Positions 1-13,700 of a stretch of DNA of 64,000 bases are shown here, piece by piece. This DNA is from Ginglymostoma cirratum. Taxonomy: Eukaryota. The position numbers and the translations under genes were made by a program. The notes below the pieces were generated by a model, which saw only the letters and a program-made list of their open reading frames with translations, was not told the origin of the DNA and searched no databases. How positions within the stretch are numbered: position 1 is the stretch's first letter; every line of letters begins with the position of its first letter. Location: contig JAHRHZ010000032.1 of assembly GCA_024137785.1 (NCBI GenBank), positions 10,343,106-10,407,105 on the forward strand, given 5' to 3'.

Positions 1-18
1 GAACTGTAATGTATTACA

Positions 19-2330
19 TGGTGATCAGTAGTGAGATTGTTTCTTAATTGTGTCAAGGGAACAATGGTGACAAAAAAATAAACAAATTCAGAGAAGTTAT
101 TTTACCACTTTGACTCAAGACTTCTTAAACAGTGATGTTACTTAATCAGTAGCTACAGGTGCTTAAACAGGGAATTAGTCCATGAACTCATGGAAGGAAT
201 GGCATCATAGAAGCAGGACTTCTGGGAAAGATCTTCAACTCAGAGCTGCTGTGAGGTGCAGGAAAGACAGTTTCATCTATGAAAGGAGTAAAATGACTAG
301 TCACACTTAGTAGTTAGAGTTCTTAGAAGAGAAAGATCTGTAGGAGCAATCTCAATTCAAAGTTTGACTGGGAAGCAAATAGTTTGGAGCTGCAGAATAA
401 CGTTCAAGATCCCATTTGGTAAGGGGCCAAAAGGCCAGATTGGAAAAGATAGAAGGACAGAAAGGAGAACTTACCATTAACAATGGACATGGTTACCATA
501 GTGAGTGTGCTCATCAGTTATAGCTCCAGAAGTGACGTCAAAGGCTATTAGGTTAATTTATAACAAAACTGCAGCATTAGGAACATTGTCAGCATTGACA
601 AAAGGGAGATTTTCAAAGATTTACAAGGCAGAAGACTTTGATTACTTTGGGAGATACAAAATTTGTACCTTGGATTTGAAAGAAGATTTTTTAAGGCCCC
701 AGTCACCTGAGGTTATTTGAAAATCCAATACAGGGATATGCATCATATAGTAGTTCGATGAAAACAGCAAAGTGCCCATTTTGCCCATGAAGGAATGGGA
801 AAACTCCATCCTGACTGTAGAAGGCAAAAAAACTTTGCCTTTTCTCTTCAAATATGAGAAACCACCATTTTGATTGCATGTTGGCAGGAAACCCCCAACA
901 GGCATTACAGAGATACAGTACTGTTATTTAGCACAATTTCAAGTGGAAATGTAAAACAGTACAGTTTTGCTAAAGTACTGAGTTTTAAAGCTTATTGGAA
1001 GAAAACAACACAGTATTGTCATACAGTTAAAAACTTCGAAGGGACTGCAAACCAAGGGAATTAAAACAGCATTAAAATGCTGAAAGATTAAAAACTTAAA
1101 CCCATCAAATTATAAACAGATTGCGGTGCCTCAAATTTATATTTTAATAGAAATAAAAATAATTAGCCACATTAAGAAGGCAAGGATGGAGAAATATTAC
1201 CTGAAGGATTTAATGTCAGAGATGGTCCAAACAGAGCATGGCATTGGAAATCTTGTTGAAAACAGTTCTTAAGATGCAGAATTACTTAAAAGCTAAATAC
1301 TAAACTCAAGCTAAACAAGTAAGTACATTCAATAGGATCTGCAGCAGCTGATGTAAATTGTCAAAATATCAAAGGCAGCACTGATTCTTTTGAAGACATT
1401 TGATAATTACTTCAATAAGAGAACAAATGAAATTCTTGAAACAGGAAGTTATAATAGAAGAGTTCCAGATCTGAGGCATCCATAGATAATTTCATTAAAG
1501 GTTCTACAGATAAATGACTATGGAGGCCTGAAATCAAAATTAATAAGAGAATTGTTACCGCAATTATTGATGACATTTATTACACTTCCTCATAGAACTT
1601 GACTTTGGAGAAAGTTATTCAGATTGCGCAGGACAATTCACAGGCAATTCCTGAGAGGAGTAAAGTCAACATTAGCACAAGAGACCAACAGAACCTTTCC
1701 ACTTTTTAGTACAAACACCGTGCAGACAGATGTGATAAGCCAACACAAAGTTTAGGCCAAAAAGCAGATACTAACAGCCATTACTTTGGAACAAAAAAGC
1801 CTTATGGACACTAGTAGTGCCCAGCCATGATAAAAGAATGCTACATCTGTAAAACTACAGGTTATGTCCAGAAGAAATACAGAAGTAGAGCACAGTTTCA
1901 GAGCAGCAGAAGTGGTGGTGGCTACTCACTCAAAGAGCGCATTATGGTGGATCAGGCAACACAGAAAGGGTAACCAGCAGCATTCCTATGTAAGATTGGT
2001 GATTTGAACTCTTAATTTGATAGAACATATGTAAGTCAATCGACATCTCTTCACTTTTAAGCTTGATACAGGAATGAACGTACACTGTCCTGTCAGATCA
2101 GATACAATGGCTGAAGGAACAGGTTGTGGCCTATGCAGATGAAACTACATCATGCTTTGGAATATTTCCCAAGAGGGAAGGGTATGCTGTATGTAACATA
2201 GCGGAAAAGGTTGAAAATGAGTAGTTCACAATCAACGCTTCACATTTTTGAGCCTGCATACATGTCTTGGTCTCAAATCCTGTAATAGCAGAAGCAGTTC
2301 CAATAATTCAAAGAGAATGACTGGTTCAGA
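19..2330 (+). mobile_element. Decayed Ty3/Gypsy LTR retrotransposon internal region (gag and protease remnant)
   Basis: Fragmentary translations: DYGGLKSKLIRE (~1517), LTLEKVIQIA (1599), eroded zinc knuckle CPAMIKECYICKTTGYVQKKYRS (1818), aspartic protease motif FKLDTG (2056). TTACA followed by PBS-like TGGTGATCAGTAGTGAGAT at 19-37. Many stops; the assignment of 40-1200 is uncertain. Confidence 0.6.
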
Positions 2331-4670
2331 AACAAACTGTTGTGGAGAAACAGGTAGCGTGGTAAATTCAGCAAATTAAATAAATTTGAAACAAAACTTG
2401 ACATCAATAGCTAAGAATGTGAAATTTCAGATTGTCCTTAAAACCAACTAATTCAGTTTAACGTTTTTATGCCACTTAGTGCTCTTTAGGCAAAAACAAA
2501 TTCTCTGGGACTCTAAACCCAAAGCACGATATTACTTTTTGAAAGAGAATGCAAAGATTTCTGTTGTAATCTGTCACTTGTGTGCTAAATCATAGGAATT
2601 CTGTTTCTGAATAAATACTCAACTGTGAGATAATATATTTTACTCCTTGGGCCTAGTCACCAAAATTTATATTTTTTTATTTGCTATGCATGCGACCAGT
2701 AGCGTTTGTATTCATATTTTGTTTTGTGAAGAGTTTTAAGTCTGAATGATTTATTTAGAATTTAGAATCTGTGTACCTTGTTCTCTCACCACCTACTTTG
2801 TGTTTGTGCAAAACTTCATTTTAAGGAGGATGTACTTGTCACAGAGAATTTTATTTCAACATCCTTTTAGTTGTTTGTCAATCTCTGTTGATATTTCAAT
2901 AAAAATTAAAATCAATGTTGTTAAGATCATCGGCGGGACTAATTAGAGGATACTTTGGCAGTGTGAATTTTAACAATTCACAGTTAAAGTGCCAAGATTC
3001 CTGGGTTATTAACTGTAAATACATGTTCAGTTTCCTCACACTGTCAAGTTAAGTAACCCCTCCCTGTGAGGTCTCTGTTTTTTCTTGAGGTCATTCTACA
3101 ATATAACCATTGCTTGTCAGTGCTATGCAATTAATCTCAATTTATGCCATGGGTGGATTTCAAAGTCATATAAACTGCATTTGAGTTGCAATTTATTTCT
3201 GCTTACCATATCTTCCACAGTAGCTGCAGTTAGTCCCGAATGGCTAGTGAAAGAAAAAGTGTACTCATGGTCTATTTTCCCCAGGCTGGCTGAGAGTTAT
3301 AACAGAAGAAAAGATGGTATCCTACCTAATGGTAGCGCATATTTTATCAGCTGTGTGCCAATTGTGGTGATAACCACTTACTTAGATTGCTCTTGCTACC
3401 TACGGAGGCAACCTTGTCCTTATTTGTTGTCCTATTAATAAGTGGAATGTGCATTTCTTAAAAGAGTGATGAAATATCTATATATGTCTATGACTGTACT
3501 CCTCTCTGGATGGCATCAACTCCTTCTCTGGAATATGGCGTGTGCTTTTTTTTTCCTTTAGACGTAATGGAAAAGGTGGTAGAGGAGCAAATACTTGGGT
3601 GGGTTAGCACCAGAGAGACACCAGCCACCTCAGCAATTAAATTCTGAGCAGCAGGATCCATGGTCAACCGCCTTGATAGGCCAGCAATCGTGGCCCTAAA
3701 TGATCGATTAATGACCACTTAAAGACCTCAGCCTCCAGTGCCATGATTACCTATCTTGCCGACTGCTGTGGAAAATGGCTGCCTTCCTAACTGGGAAAAC
3801 AGCCTCCCTGGTTGCTAGGTTTGGGGCAAAAAGGCTCCATTTGTCCCAATTTGGGAATTGGAGGCATGCGTGGGGATTGAGGAGGGGGTGCAGGAGCACG
3901 GTTGCTGAAAGACCCTGATCTTGCCACTGATTCCCCATGGTCTCTGACATTCCTGCAGCTCTCAGGGACGCCACTCTCAGATTGGTTGGCAGCTTTAGGT
4001 AGGGGAGGGGGAGGTTACTTCTCCAACCTGGGACCTGATATGTTTCCACTCAAGACTTAAGTACCAAATTAGAACTTCGTCTCACTGGTGGGGCAGGAGG
4101 ATCCATCACCCTTAAAGATACCCAATTTTACACAGAACAAAGAAAGGAAAATCCCATCCATAGTGTCAGACAGTTGTCACGCTGTACTTCACACAAGCTA
4201 CTTATTCAATCACTCACCTTAGTGGTGAGTGCTGCCAGGCTTTCCTACGCAGGAGCATCACAACTAAGGCCATTTTTTTGTTCTTGCTTAATGCATTCAA
4301 TGAGCTGCTTGTTCATACTAAGAATATCTAACTTATCCATCCTTGAACCAGGATGTTGCAACTCGTGCATAAACAAATGATCAATCTTGGAGGTGATACA
4401 GGTTGTATGGCAGGAACGTAACCCATGGATGACATACCATGGCCTTGGCCCACACAAATTTAAGCTTGCATGAAAGTGAAACTTTAAATGCATTTGTAAT
4501 CAGAATGTTTTTAGCATCAATGGACATAGCTGCATGATGATCAAAGCTACTCTGCTGGATCTGGGGAAATAATGTTGATGCCCAGCTGCTTCATTCTTAT
4601 TATTTAAAGCCTGTCCACTTGGTGAGAGTGGTCATGTGATTGCTGTGATAGAGGAACTGAAGCACTGATT

Positions 4671-4804
4671 CTGTTCTGAAGAAAGGTCACTGGACCCGAA
4701 ACATTCGCTCTTCTTTCTCTCCGCAGATGCTGCCAGACCTCTGAGTTTTTCCAGCAAATTCTGATTTTCAGATTTCCAGCATCCGTCGTTCTTTGTTTTT
4801 GTTT
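4671..4804 (+). mobile_element. Short Penelope-like element 3' fragment with hammerhead-like motif
   Basis: CTGAAGAAAGGTCACTGGACCCGAAAC followed by GATGCTGCCAGACCT...TTTTCCAGC; flanked by a near-identical 10-mer, AGCACTGATT (4661-4670) / AGCTCTGATT (4805-4814). Confidence 0.65.
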
Positions 4805-5279
4805 AGCTCTGATTTAAAAACTGCCTATCAGTCATCCATGTAGGAATGCAACTGACAGTTGTAGTGCAGTTGGGAGTACATTGAGTGGGTTAGTGGCACA
4901 AAATAGAATGGGATAACACTGACCATATCCCAAGAAAGAAACAATAAATCTGGCAATGGCCATCAACCAATTTATTTCCACCCATCCCAACCAGCAATAG
5001 AAGCTTTTTGAATGTTCTATGGCAATAATTAATTGGAGGACTTGCACAGTCAGAGCATAACACATCTGCTCTATACCACTGCTATATCATTTGATTATGC
5101 ACTTGACACATTTGTTTAGCCGTTAGTGGGGTCCATTATAACTTTCTGAATAGATTCACCTGGTATTATCTTCTTTGCATCAGATTGATGACAAAAGGAT
5201 GAAGTCCCACTGTAGGAGTTGATGCACAATACAGGATGATATAACAGAACTTAGCTAGTAATGTTTCATGTTTCTTTTT

Positions 5280-5510
5280 AAGATGGATGCTAAAAGATTT
5301 TATAGCACTGTCCGAAGAGGAATAGGTTGTTTTCCTGATGTCTTGGTTACGGCTCCTTCCTCAAGCCCAAAAACAGATTAATTGGTCACTTGTCATATTT
5401 TTTGTAGGATCTTGCCATGTATAAAATGACACATGCTTACAGAATAAAAGCAATGACTACATTTCTCGGCAATTTTTTGTAAGGAAAGTAATGATAAATA
5501 TATCTTTCTT
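5280..5510 (+). mobile_element. Ancient Deu-domain SINE remnant (SacSINE1/AmnSINE-like)
   Basis: GATGCTAAAAGATTTTATAGCACTGTCCGAAGAGGAATAGG...TGTCTTGG...AAACAGATTAATTGGTCA resembles the Deu domain as I recall it; highly diverged. Confidence 0.45.
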
Positions 5511-6184
5511 ACATGGGGTGCTATGAAATTTATTTAAAATACTTATCAATATTAACATTATAGAAAAGTGAAAAATAATTACAAAGAAGTAAAAGTGACT
5601 AACTGTTTTTGTAGACTTCCTTTCTGTAAACTCACTGAAATTTTTGGTGGAGTCCTATTTGCTCAAGAAGTGTTTACTAGGCCATGTGTCATGAAGGAAC
5701 GGAACCATGTCACTTTTGTTGCAGTGTTACATGTATTGTGATGTATTTCAATCAAACTTTTGAATATTGATTGTTCTGTAAATACATTTAAGGCTTGGTA
5801 AGGAGTGGTAATTTGACTCCCCTCTTTTTAATCTCTCACTCAATCAAGTGCAGCAAATGTTTTTATTCTTTTAAGCTTACAGCTATCATACTTCAATTTA
5901 AATGGAATACTAATTCAAATTAAGGATCCACTTAAAAGGTTTTATGGAGAGAAAGAAAGAGAAATTTTATTATTTCCTAACCCTGAAAATCAACATAAAT
6001 AGCAACATCAAATAGATATACACAAGCACAGGTGATAAGCTTTAAGAGCGCAAACCGTCTACTGCAGACAAGAAGTGTAAAGGTTATGAAGTTTAAGAGC
6101 CCTTAGAGCATTTGAGGTGTTAGATTTTTAATCCAGGATCACAATTGTTTAATTGTTGACCCATATCCTCAGCAAAATCTGTTG

Positions 6185-6443
6185 GTGGGAGGGTTTGAGG
6201 TTGGAGCAGAAATATTTTCACCCAAGTTTGTGAGGATCTGGAGCTCACTACCTAAAAGGGTGGTAGAGGCAGGAGCTCTGAAGATAATTAAGAACTATTT
6301 AGATGAACACTTGAAACACCATGGCAGACAAGGCCTTGCACCCAGTGCTGGAAAATGGGATTAGAATAGGTGAATGTTTAACTGGCATGGACAAGATGGT
6401 CTGAAGGACCTCCTTCCATGCCGTAAAAACTCTATGACCTATG
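6185..6443 (+). mobile_element. CR1-type LINE 3' end fragment
   Basis: Translates as FSPKFVRIWSSLPKRVVEAG...YLDEHL (CR1 ORF2 C-terminus); 3'UTR ends in CTCTATGACCTATG. Confidence 0.8.
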
Positions 6444-7629
6444 TTCAGAAATTGGTATTTGCATTTTCTTTAAAACATATCCTGTAGAATGGTTTTCCTT
6501 GGTCAGAATATTGTGATTAATGTAAAAGTTTGTCAAGAGTAAGGTCATATCATTTGCCTTATTGATGACCATCAATCCCAAGATTAAGAAGAGACTTGAG
6601 CTTTCTGCCTCAAGGAGTGTAAAAATCAACCAGAGTTACTCATTCCAATTGCTGTACTGCGTGCTGGTGGCTGAGAGTGAAGGCCACAAAAATCTGGCAA
6701 ATCTGTTTTGAGAATTATGCATGAGTTCACTGACTGCTGTTTCTGAAATGCGACAATATTGCATAAAAAGTGCTTGATATAGTTTTCAATGAATAATACT
6801 CTATTTTCACATAAAACATTACATTTGTACTCATAATATGGGTTTGTTCTTTTTTAATGTATACTATTAGAACAAATATAGTAAACATCTGAAATTAGGG
6901 TGTGTGTGTATAGTGGAACTTTAGCAGGCTGCTTCCTTTGCTTCAACAGAGAGGAAGTATGACGGTTATTGCCACACATGTGGCACCAAGTATGAGCACA
7001 GAGTTGTTTTGAATGATTGTATGCATCTGATGATGACTTGTTGGAAAGCTATATCATGTACTTTTGAATACATTCCTTATCATATTCCTGTGAAAGAATT
7101 TAGCATCATATTGACTGGAAACTGTGTAGGTTAAACAATATTTAATGATGACTTATTTTACATTAATTAAAACATTGTTGATTGTAACCAATAATATGAA
7201 TTAAATAGTTTGAGGATTGTGATCATTAGTATTGGAGCTTCATCCTCGGAACTCTGAAAGTACAATAACCTAATTTATTTATCACTTCTTCCACTATAAA
7301 GATACAAGGATGGGGTACATTCCATTCAAAACATCTGCTAATGTTTACTATTTAATATTACATAATGTTTTAATCCTGACTTACTAATGATATTTTATAC
7401 CTTTAACTTTTCTAGGACAAAATTGTGAATATAAATGAATACGAATGTTACATTTCATAACTGAATACAATGCTCCAAAGATGTGTAGATTTACTGCAAT
7501 GAAAATATTTTAAGTCATGTATTTACATGAAATAAGGGTGTTTGATATAGATTTATACATTAAAAGAATTTTTCTTTTTAATTGAAGAATAAAATTGTGG
7601 AGAAGGGAGGCATCAATCAAAAAGACACC

Positions 7630-7715
7630 ATGCTGTCTGCGACGCCCCTGTATGGCAACCTTCACAGCTGGATGAGTACTGATCGGGTCCGCATGTGTGG
7701 AATTAATGAAGATGG
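7630..7715 (+). CDS. BCOR: BCOR first coding exon (human exon 2 equivalent)
   Basis: ACACCATG start; [30 protein letters not shown]|gtaaga; 86 coding nt. Likely acceptor tttcttttta attgaag ending at 7587 (about 42 nt of 5'UTR). Absent from the ORF track. Confidence 0.95.
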
Positions 7716-10700
7716 GTAAGATGAGTTCCATTTTTCCATAACTCTAAGTAAAACTACTTTTTGGCCTGCATTTTGCATTGCAATGATCGTTAATCTGTCC
7801 ACATTTGCTGTCATTACTTTGCGGAATTGACAGCACCTTCTGGTGTCCATACATGTGCAGCTTAAATAAAGAAATGTAGATGTAACTCTGTGGTCCCATG
7901 CTTATCCACAGGGTGTGCAGTTGAAATCCATGTCGATGGAAATCAATCAAAAATCACTGAATTTGTGTGACATTTTGCTTCTTACACAATTATTATTCTC
8001 ATTGTAAAAGCCACAAACAGGTTCACTAGGGCTCATGAAGTGTAAGTTGTCCATTACCTGCACATAGTTCTGGCTAAGCAAATTTCTGACCCTGAAAAAT
8101 GAACTGTATTTGTGAATTGCCAATCTCTACATTTCATGCTACAAATTTAATAGATTTAAATGTTTTTATTTAAAAGTTTGATATTTCAGCATTTACCTTA
8201 ATTCCATGTTTTTGGTAATCCACCAAAACCTTCTCTAGGGAAATTAGGGATGGGCAACAAAAGCTGACCTAGTTAACAAGATGCATCCCACAAATGAATA
8301 AAGCAAATGTTCCATTCCTTCTGCTTTCAATAGCATTATGAAAACACCAATAGAACCTGCATATAAATTCCTGGTTTGCTGCTTAAAAATTCTTGAGTGT
8401 GGTTGACTGCATAACCTGTTTGAGGAAATCATTGTTATTTGATGTCAGAGATCCTTGTGGCTACAGCCAGATGAAATGAACACTGGGAAAAGTGAAATCC
8501 GTGCTGCAGAACATGTTAGATCTTTGTGGGAAGTTTACTTCAAGGTCAGCAATGTGTGCTATTATTTTGCTGCTGACTGCTAAGCTTTGGCCATTAAGAC
8601 AGGGACTCATCAGCAGCAAGTTCTTGTTATCAGAGAAAGATGTAGTTATTGTTGTTGCCACCAAGTTCCCACAACAATTGCTATAACTGCAATTCCTGCA
8701 CGCACAGAATAGATTCTGTTTACCCGCATGAAATGGAAGAGTATTAACTAAATTTCATGCTTAGACATCTTAGTTTATAATGTGGGGTTACAAGATTAGC
8801 TTCCTCTTTAAACCTGAATTAATAACATTGCTAAAAATCATCTTATTTAGTAGTTTGTTTCAACGAAACAACAACTGCTTGTGAATGAGGAGCAAAGTTT
8901 CAGAAAAGAATCTGCAGAAATTTGGCATTGTTTCTTTGCATTCAGCTGATTTACATGCTGGTTATCTGATATTGAAGAATTCATCTTCAATGCAGACAAA
9001 TAGTGCAAAAGGGTCAGGCAAAGTGCTAAGATGATAAGAGATTCTAACTTAACAAACATAATTTATTTCAATCTCATAAAGTATTGTTGGAATCTCTAGG
9101 AGATTTACATTTTGCTTGACAACACATCTATGAGATTTTGATTGTAATCACCTAGCATGTAATTTATGGAGCTAATTTGGCACAGTCTAGTTTAGATATA
9201 CCCTGAAATTACAACGTGCTACTGGTGGACAAATGCTCTTGGGTCTGTGTAAAATTTTTCACCATTATTTGATGTGTGATGGAAATTGCAATTGTAGTGT
9301 TAAATAAATTAAACATCTGAAAATGAAATGCAATTATACTTACAGTGCAAACAATTAGCCATATGCTTTCAAGTGTGAGCTGGTTTGTTCCATTTGTGCC
9401 AAAATTGTTTGCATAGATGGGTAGGACCTGCCCAGTCTCTACACCAAACTGGTCCGGACATGACCAGTAGGGACTATGTATTACTAACATGCAGAATAAT
9501 ATATATAGCATGTGGTTTCTATACTATTGTTTATATTTTTAATTGCTAACACCCTTACTTTTGTCAGTTTTTGATGAATAAATGAATTGTTACTGCATTT
9601 GGTTATTTGATTCTTGCTTTTTTCAACATTTCTTATCTGTCCAACTTCATTGTTCACCTTGCAAAAACAATAGAATATTGCCTTTATCTCACCAGAAATA
9701 TCACTCTGGACAGATGTCCTATTTGTCACCAAATATACCACCCACTAACAACCACCTCCACTCCCACATCCACCCACTCCACCAAGCCACTATACTAACT
9801 TTGTACCTATCCCAGCTGGCTCAGGAATATTTAAACAATGGGGCCTTTGTCCAAATTATCAACTGTCTGATCAGATTCATGAAGTGATGCATCAAATCAA
9901 TGAACAAATCTGATACAACAAGCTTCAGTGTTCGTTGCTGACTACCTGGCTGCTGAATGCATTTTATTAGAGGAGCTAGTACTCCAACAGTACGTGATAC
10001 TGGTACTTTCACGAATATTTCTTCCTTGAAGATTTACAGCATGAAATAAAAACAATTAGCATAATGGTGCCACCAGTGTTTTTCAGTCTGATGAAGTATG
10101 ATATGCCAATTGTGGATGTTACTAGTATTTAACAAAGTATGGGATTCGTTGGCCCTGGGCAATATCTGTTTCATGTGTCAGCAAGTAGAATGTTCATCTT
10201 AAATGTATTTCGAAGTGGTTATCTGGAACAGTAAACATGTTTTTTCAAAGTGTTTATTTTCTTGTCAAAATAAGTGGGTAACACATTTGTATTTTGCTTC
10301 TAGTTGGCTTGAAGGGATAGGGCGTCAAAAATTAGCTACCATTATTTGTACTAATTACATATGTTGTAATTGGAAGTTGAATATAAAAAGTAAAGTAGTC
10401 ATAGTCCTAGCAGACCGTAGGCACATTCTTTCATGAGAGAGAGTCAACTGGTGACGGTTTAAGCTGAGGGTTGCTACACTTCAGGTGAGGGAAAAGGTTG
10501 AGAAGGAGGGTCCTTCATGGTAATCTCAACCACTGTGGGAATTGAACACACTGCATTGGAGTTGCATTGCTTTACAGCTATAATATGAGGGATTAAATTA
10601 GTTTGGTTACTGCATATATGACTTTGTTCTTTGAAATACAAAATTAGTTTCCCAACTCTCAGACCATATTCTCTTGTTTCTCTGATGTCTCTATTACTTC

Positions 10701-13700
10701 TCATTTTCTTTAAGAAAGTTATTACTTTGTTACTGTCTTGAGTTCTTGCTATTGCTTGCCTCAAATCTGCTTCCGGCAGATAAAAAAGAATCGAGAGTAT
10801 GACCCAGATCAAGTACAGAAATCACAGAAAATGTGACATATGATGGTCTTTGCTGAAGTTGCTGTGGCCAATTAGGTTAACCCCTGAAGAAATTTCCTCA
10901 GTAAAGTAGAAACAAGATGTTGGCCCACTAAGGGTTTAGGTTATTTTAAAGGCATAGTGTCTTAGATGGCTTTTCCCTCGGAGAATGATTGCTTGTTATA
11001 TGCTGTTTGTATGAAAAGATTGAACTTTTTTGCAATAATCTGAAATACCTTATAAGTATTCAAACACTGTAGGGAAGATGAAACTATATGCTTAACATCC
11101 GATTGGAGAAATACTTATTGAAGTGGAAAAGTGCTGTTGGAGTCCTAAGATAATTTCTAAATCCTGTGCAATTTGCTGTGTGAGTGCATCTGCATGTGTG
11201 TGCGCGCAGCTTAAGATTCATTTGGAGAAGTAGTCATAATCATGGTAGACCTTTGTTTTAAAAGTAGCCAACAGTTGTGAAATGTAATAGTCAATTAAAC
11301 AGTGATATGTAGAACAAGATAGAAAACACTATTAACTTTGAATTTGTTTCACAGCAGGAAAGTCTCTGTAAGCGATGGTGAAACACAGAAAAGCATGAAG
11401 CGGTTTGGGATCAGGGATGACAATCACATGACCCACAACTTGGGTGTGGTAAGCTTACGTAATGTCATTCTCATTACACTTTCATTGTAAATCCTTCATA
11501 TTAACAATGCTATCGTAATCCGGTCTGAATGAATAATTTAACCAATAAGTTAATCATTTAGTTCTATACTAATTGAGAATTCCAAAAGACGAGCATTCAC
11601 TTTTGAGAGGGGAAAGATTTAGAAATGACATGAGGAGTAACTTTTTCACGCAGGGACGTATGATACAAGCTGCCAGAGGAAGTGGTCGAGGCAGGTACAA
11701 TTACAACATTTAAAAGGCATCTGCATAGGTATATGAATAAGAAGGGTTTAGGCGAATATGGTCCAAATGCTGGCAAATGGTACAAGGTCAGATTAGGATA
11801 TCTGGTCAGCGCAGATGAGTTGGGCTGAAGGGTCTGTTTCCGTGCTGTATGACTTCATGACCTTTGCTTATGGGAAACATGTGATCAGCATTTTGAAAGG
11901 TTAAATTATAGAACTTACTGAATGATGGTATCAAACAAGTGCCTAATTGACTAGTATCACATTTCTCTCTCTACTATTTTAATGGAGGAGATAACTTATT
12001 TATTTAATAGGTTAATGCCTCTGTTAAAATGAGAAAAAAAATGATAGAATGCATTAAGCAGTAGCTTTGAAGTATAAGCTGTTTTCTCTTGAGAAGTACA
12101 CATTTCTATGAACATTAAAATATACTTTCAAGCTCCCTTATTGCTACCACCACTTGAAGTATGCAAAATGTTGTGATGTGAACAGCTACATGTGGTATTT
12201 AGCAAAACAAATTGGGAAAATTGCATTTGACACTAACATTGTAGTAAGAATTCGGCATTATTATTTCAGTGCAATAAGATCAAAGAGGACAACTAAAATT
12301 AACTACTCAAATATTTGGAATAAAGTTCTATATATTTTTTGCTACATTTTTAAATTGATCAATCTTTACCTGGCCACAGCAAAAATAAAATGTCTGGTAT
12401 GTATTAATTAGTTTCTCAATGTTTAGAACATCTGACTTTTTTAGATCTTTTCATTTTTAATCTTCATTACTTAAATCAAAGATTTGAAGTTTGTGTTGGC
12501 AGTATGTTAGTTTAGGCTTAAGTGGCTTTTGATTCCATGAGGAGCCATTTTTTCAAAAACTTGGCTTGTTAATTACCAGCTAAGGCCTTGTTGGAAACTA
12601 ATTTACAGAGCAATACATGGAAATCTTTGGCATGGATTGTTTAAGGAAGTTCAATTGTTTAGCCACTAAATCAGTGTTATAAAATGCTGAAGATGAGCAA
12701 GATATCCCCACCTCCTGCATTATGACTGACCATGATTTATCATTTGGTGTTCTCCTAACACTGATCTGTCTCCTCAGGTCAGCTGGCACACTGAAAAAAG
12801 TGGTATGGCAATGATTGAAGATAAGTGCAACTCATATTGTGTGTATGGACTTTCAAGAAGCAGTTGATAAAGTGGCATGCAGTCCATTTGTTAGTAAAAT
12901 TGAAGCTCATGGGACGAAAGGAGCAATGGCAGATGAACAAAACTCATTGGCAAATGAAAAAGATAGCAACAGACTTTAGGAGGTAATTGGCAGACTGGTG
13001 AAGTGGGCTGACACATGGCAAATGTAACAATGCAGAGAAGTGACAGGAGATACATTTTGGGAGGAAGAATGGAATGGGAACAGAGACGCCTGGGAATATG
13101 CATTCGCACATTTTTAAAGATGACCAGGTACGCTCAGAAGGCCATTAACTTTTAAAACAGGCATCAGAGTGAAAAATCAAGGAGGTTATCTAAACTTTTA
13201 TACAGTGCTGGTTAAGTCCAGCTGGAGTATTTTGTGCAGTTCTTGACAGTAAGGTTCAGGAAGAATATGAAGACCTTGAAGGGTGTTAAAGTAAATTTAC
13301 TAAAATGGTAGCGGGGATGAGGGGCTTCAGTTACGTGGAGAGACAAAAGAAACTAGCATGTTTTCTTTAGAGCACATTAAGCTAAGGGAAGAGTTAACAG
13401 AGATGTTCAAAATTATGAAGCGCTTCAATTAGAGTAAAAAGATAAACTTTCTAATGGCAGACCAATCTGTAACAAAAGGATAGAGATTTACGGCAATGAC
13501 AAAAGAACTAGAGGAGCTACGTGGACATTTTCTTTTACAAGATGAGTGGTAGGAAACAGAAACGTACTGCCTGAAAGAATGGTAGAAGCATATTTGATGA
13601 TTCTCTGGAGGGAAGTGCATGCATACTTACAGGGAAATTAGTTTCTGAACAACAGCAATGGGTTAGATCTTTGAGTTACCACAGACGCAATGGTCTTATA

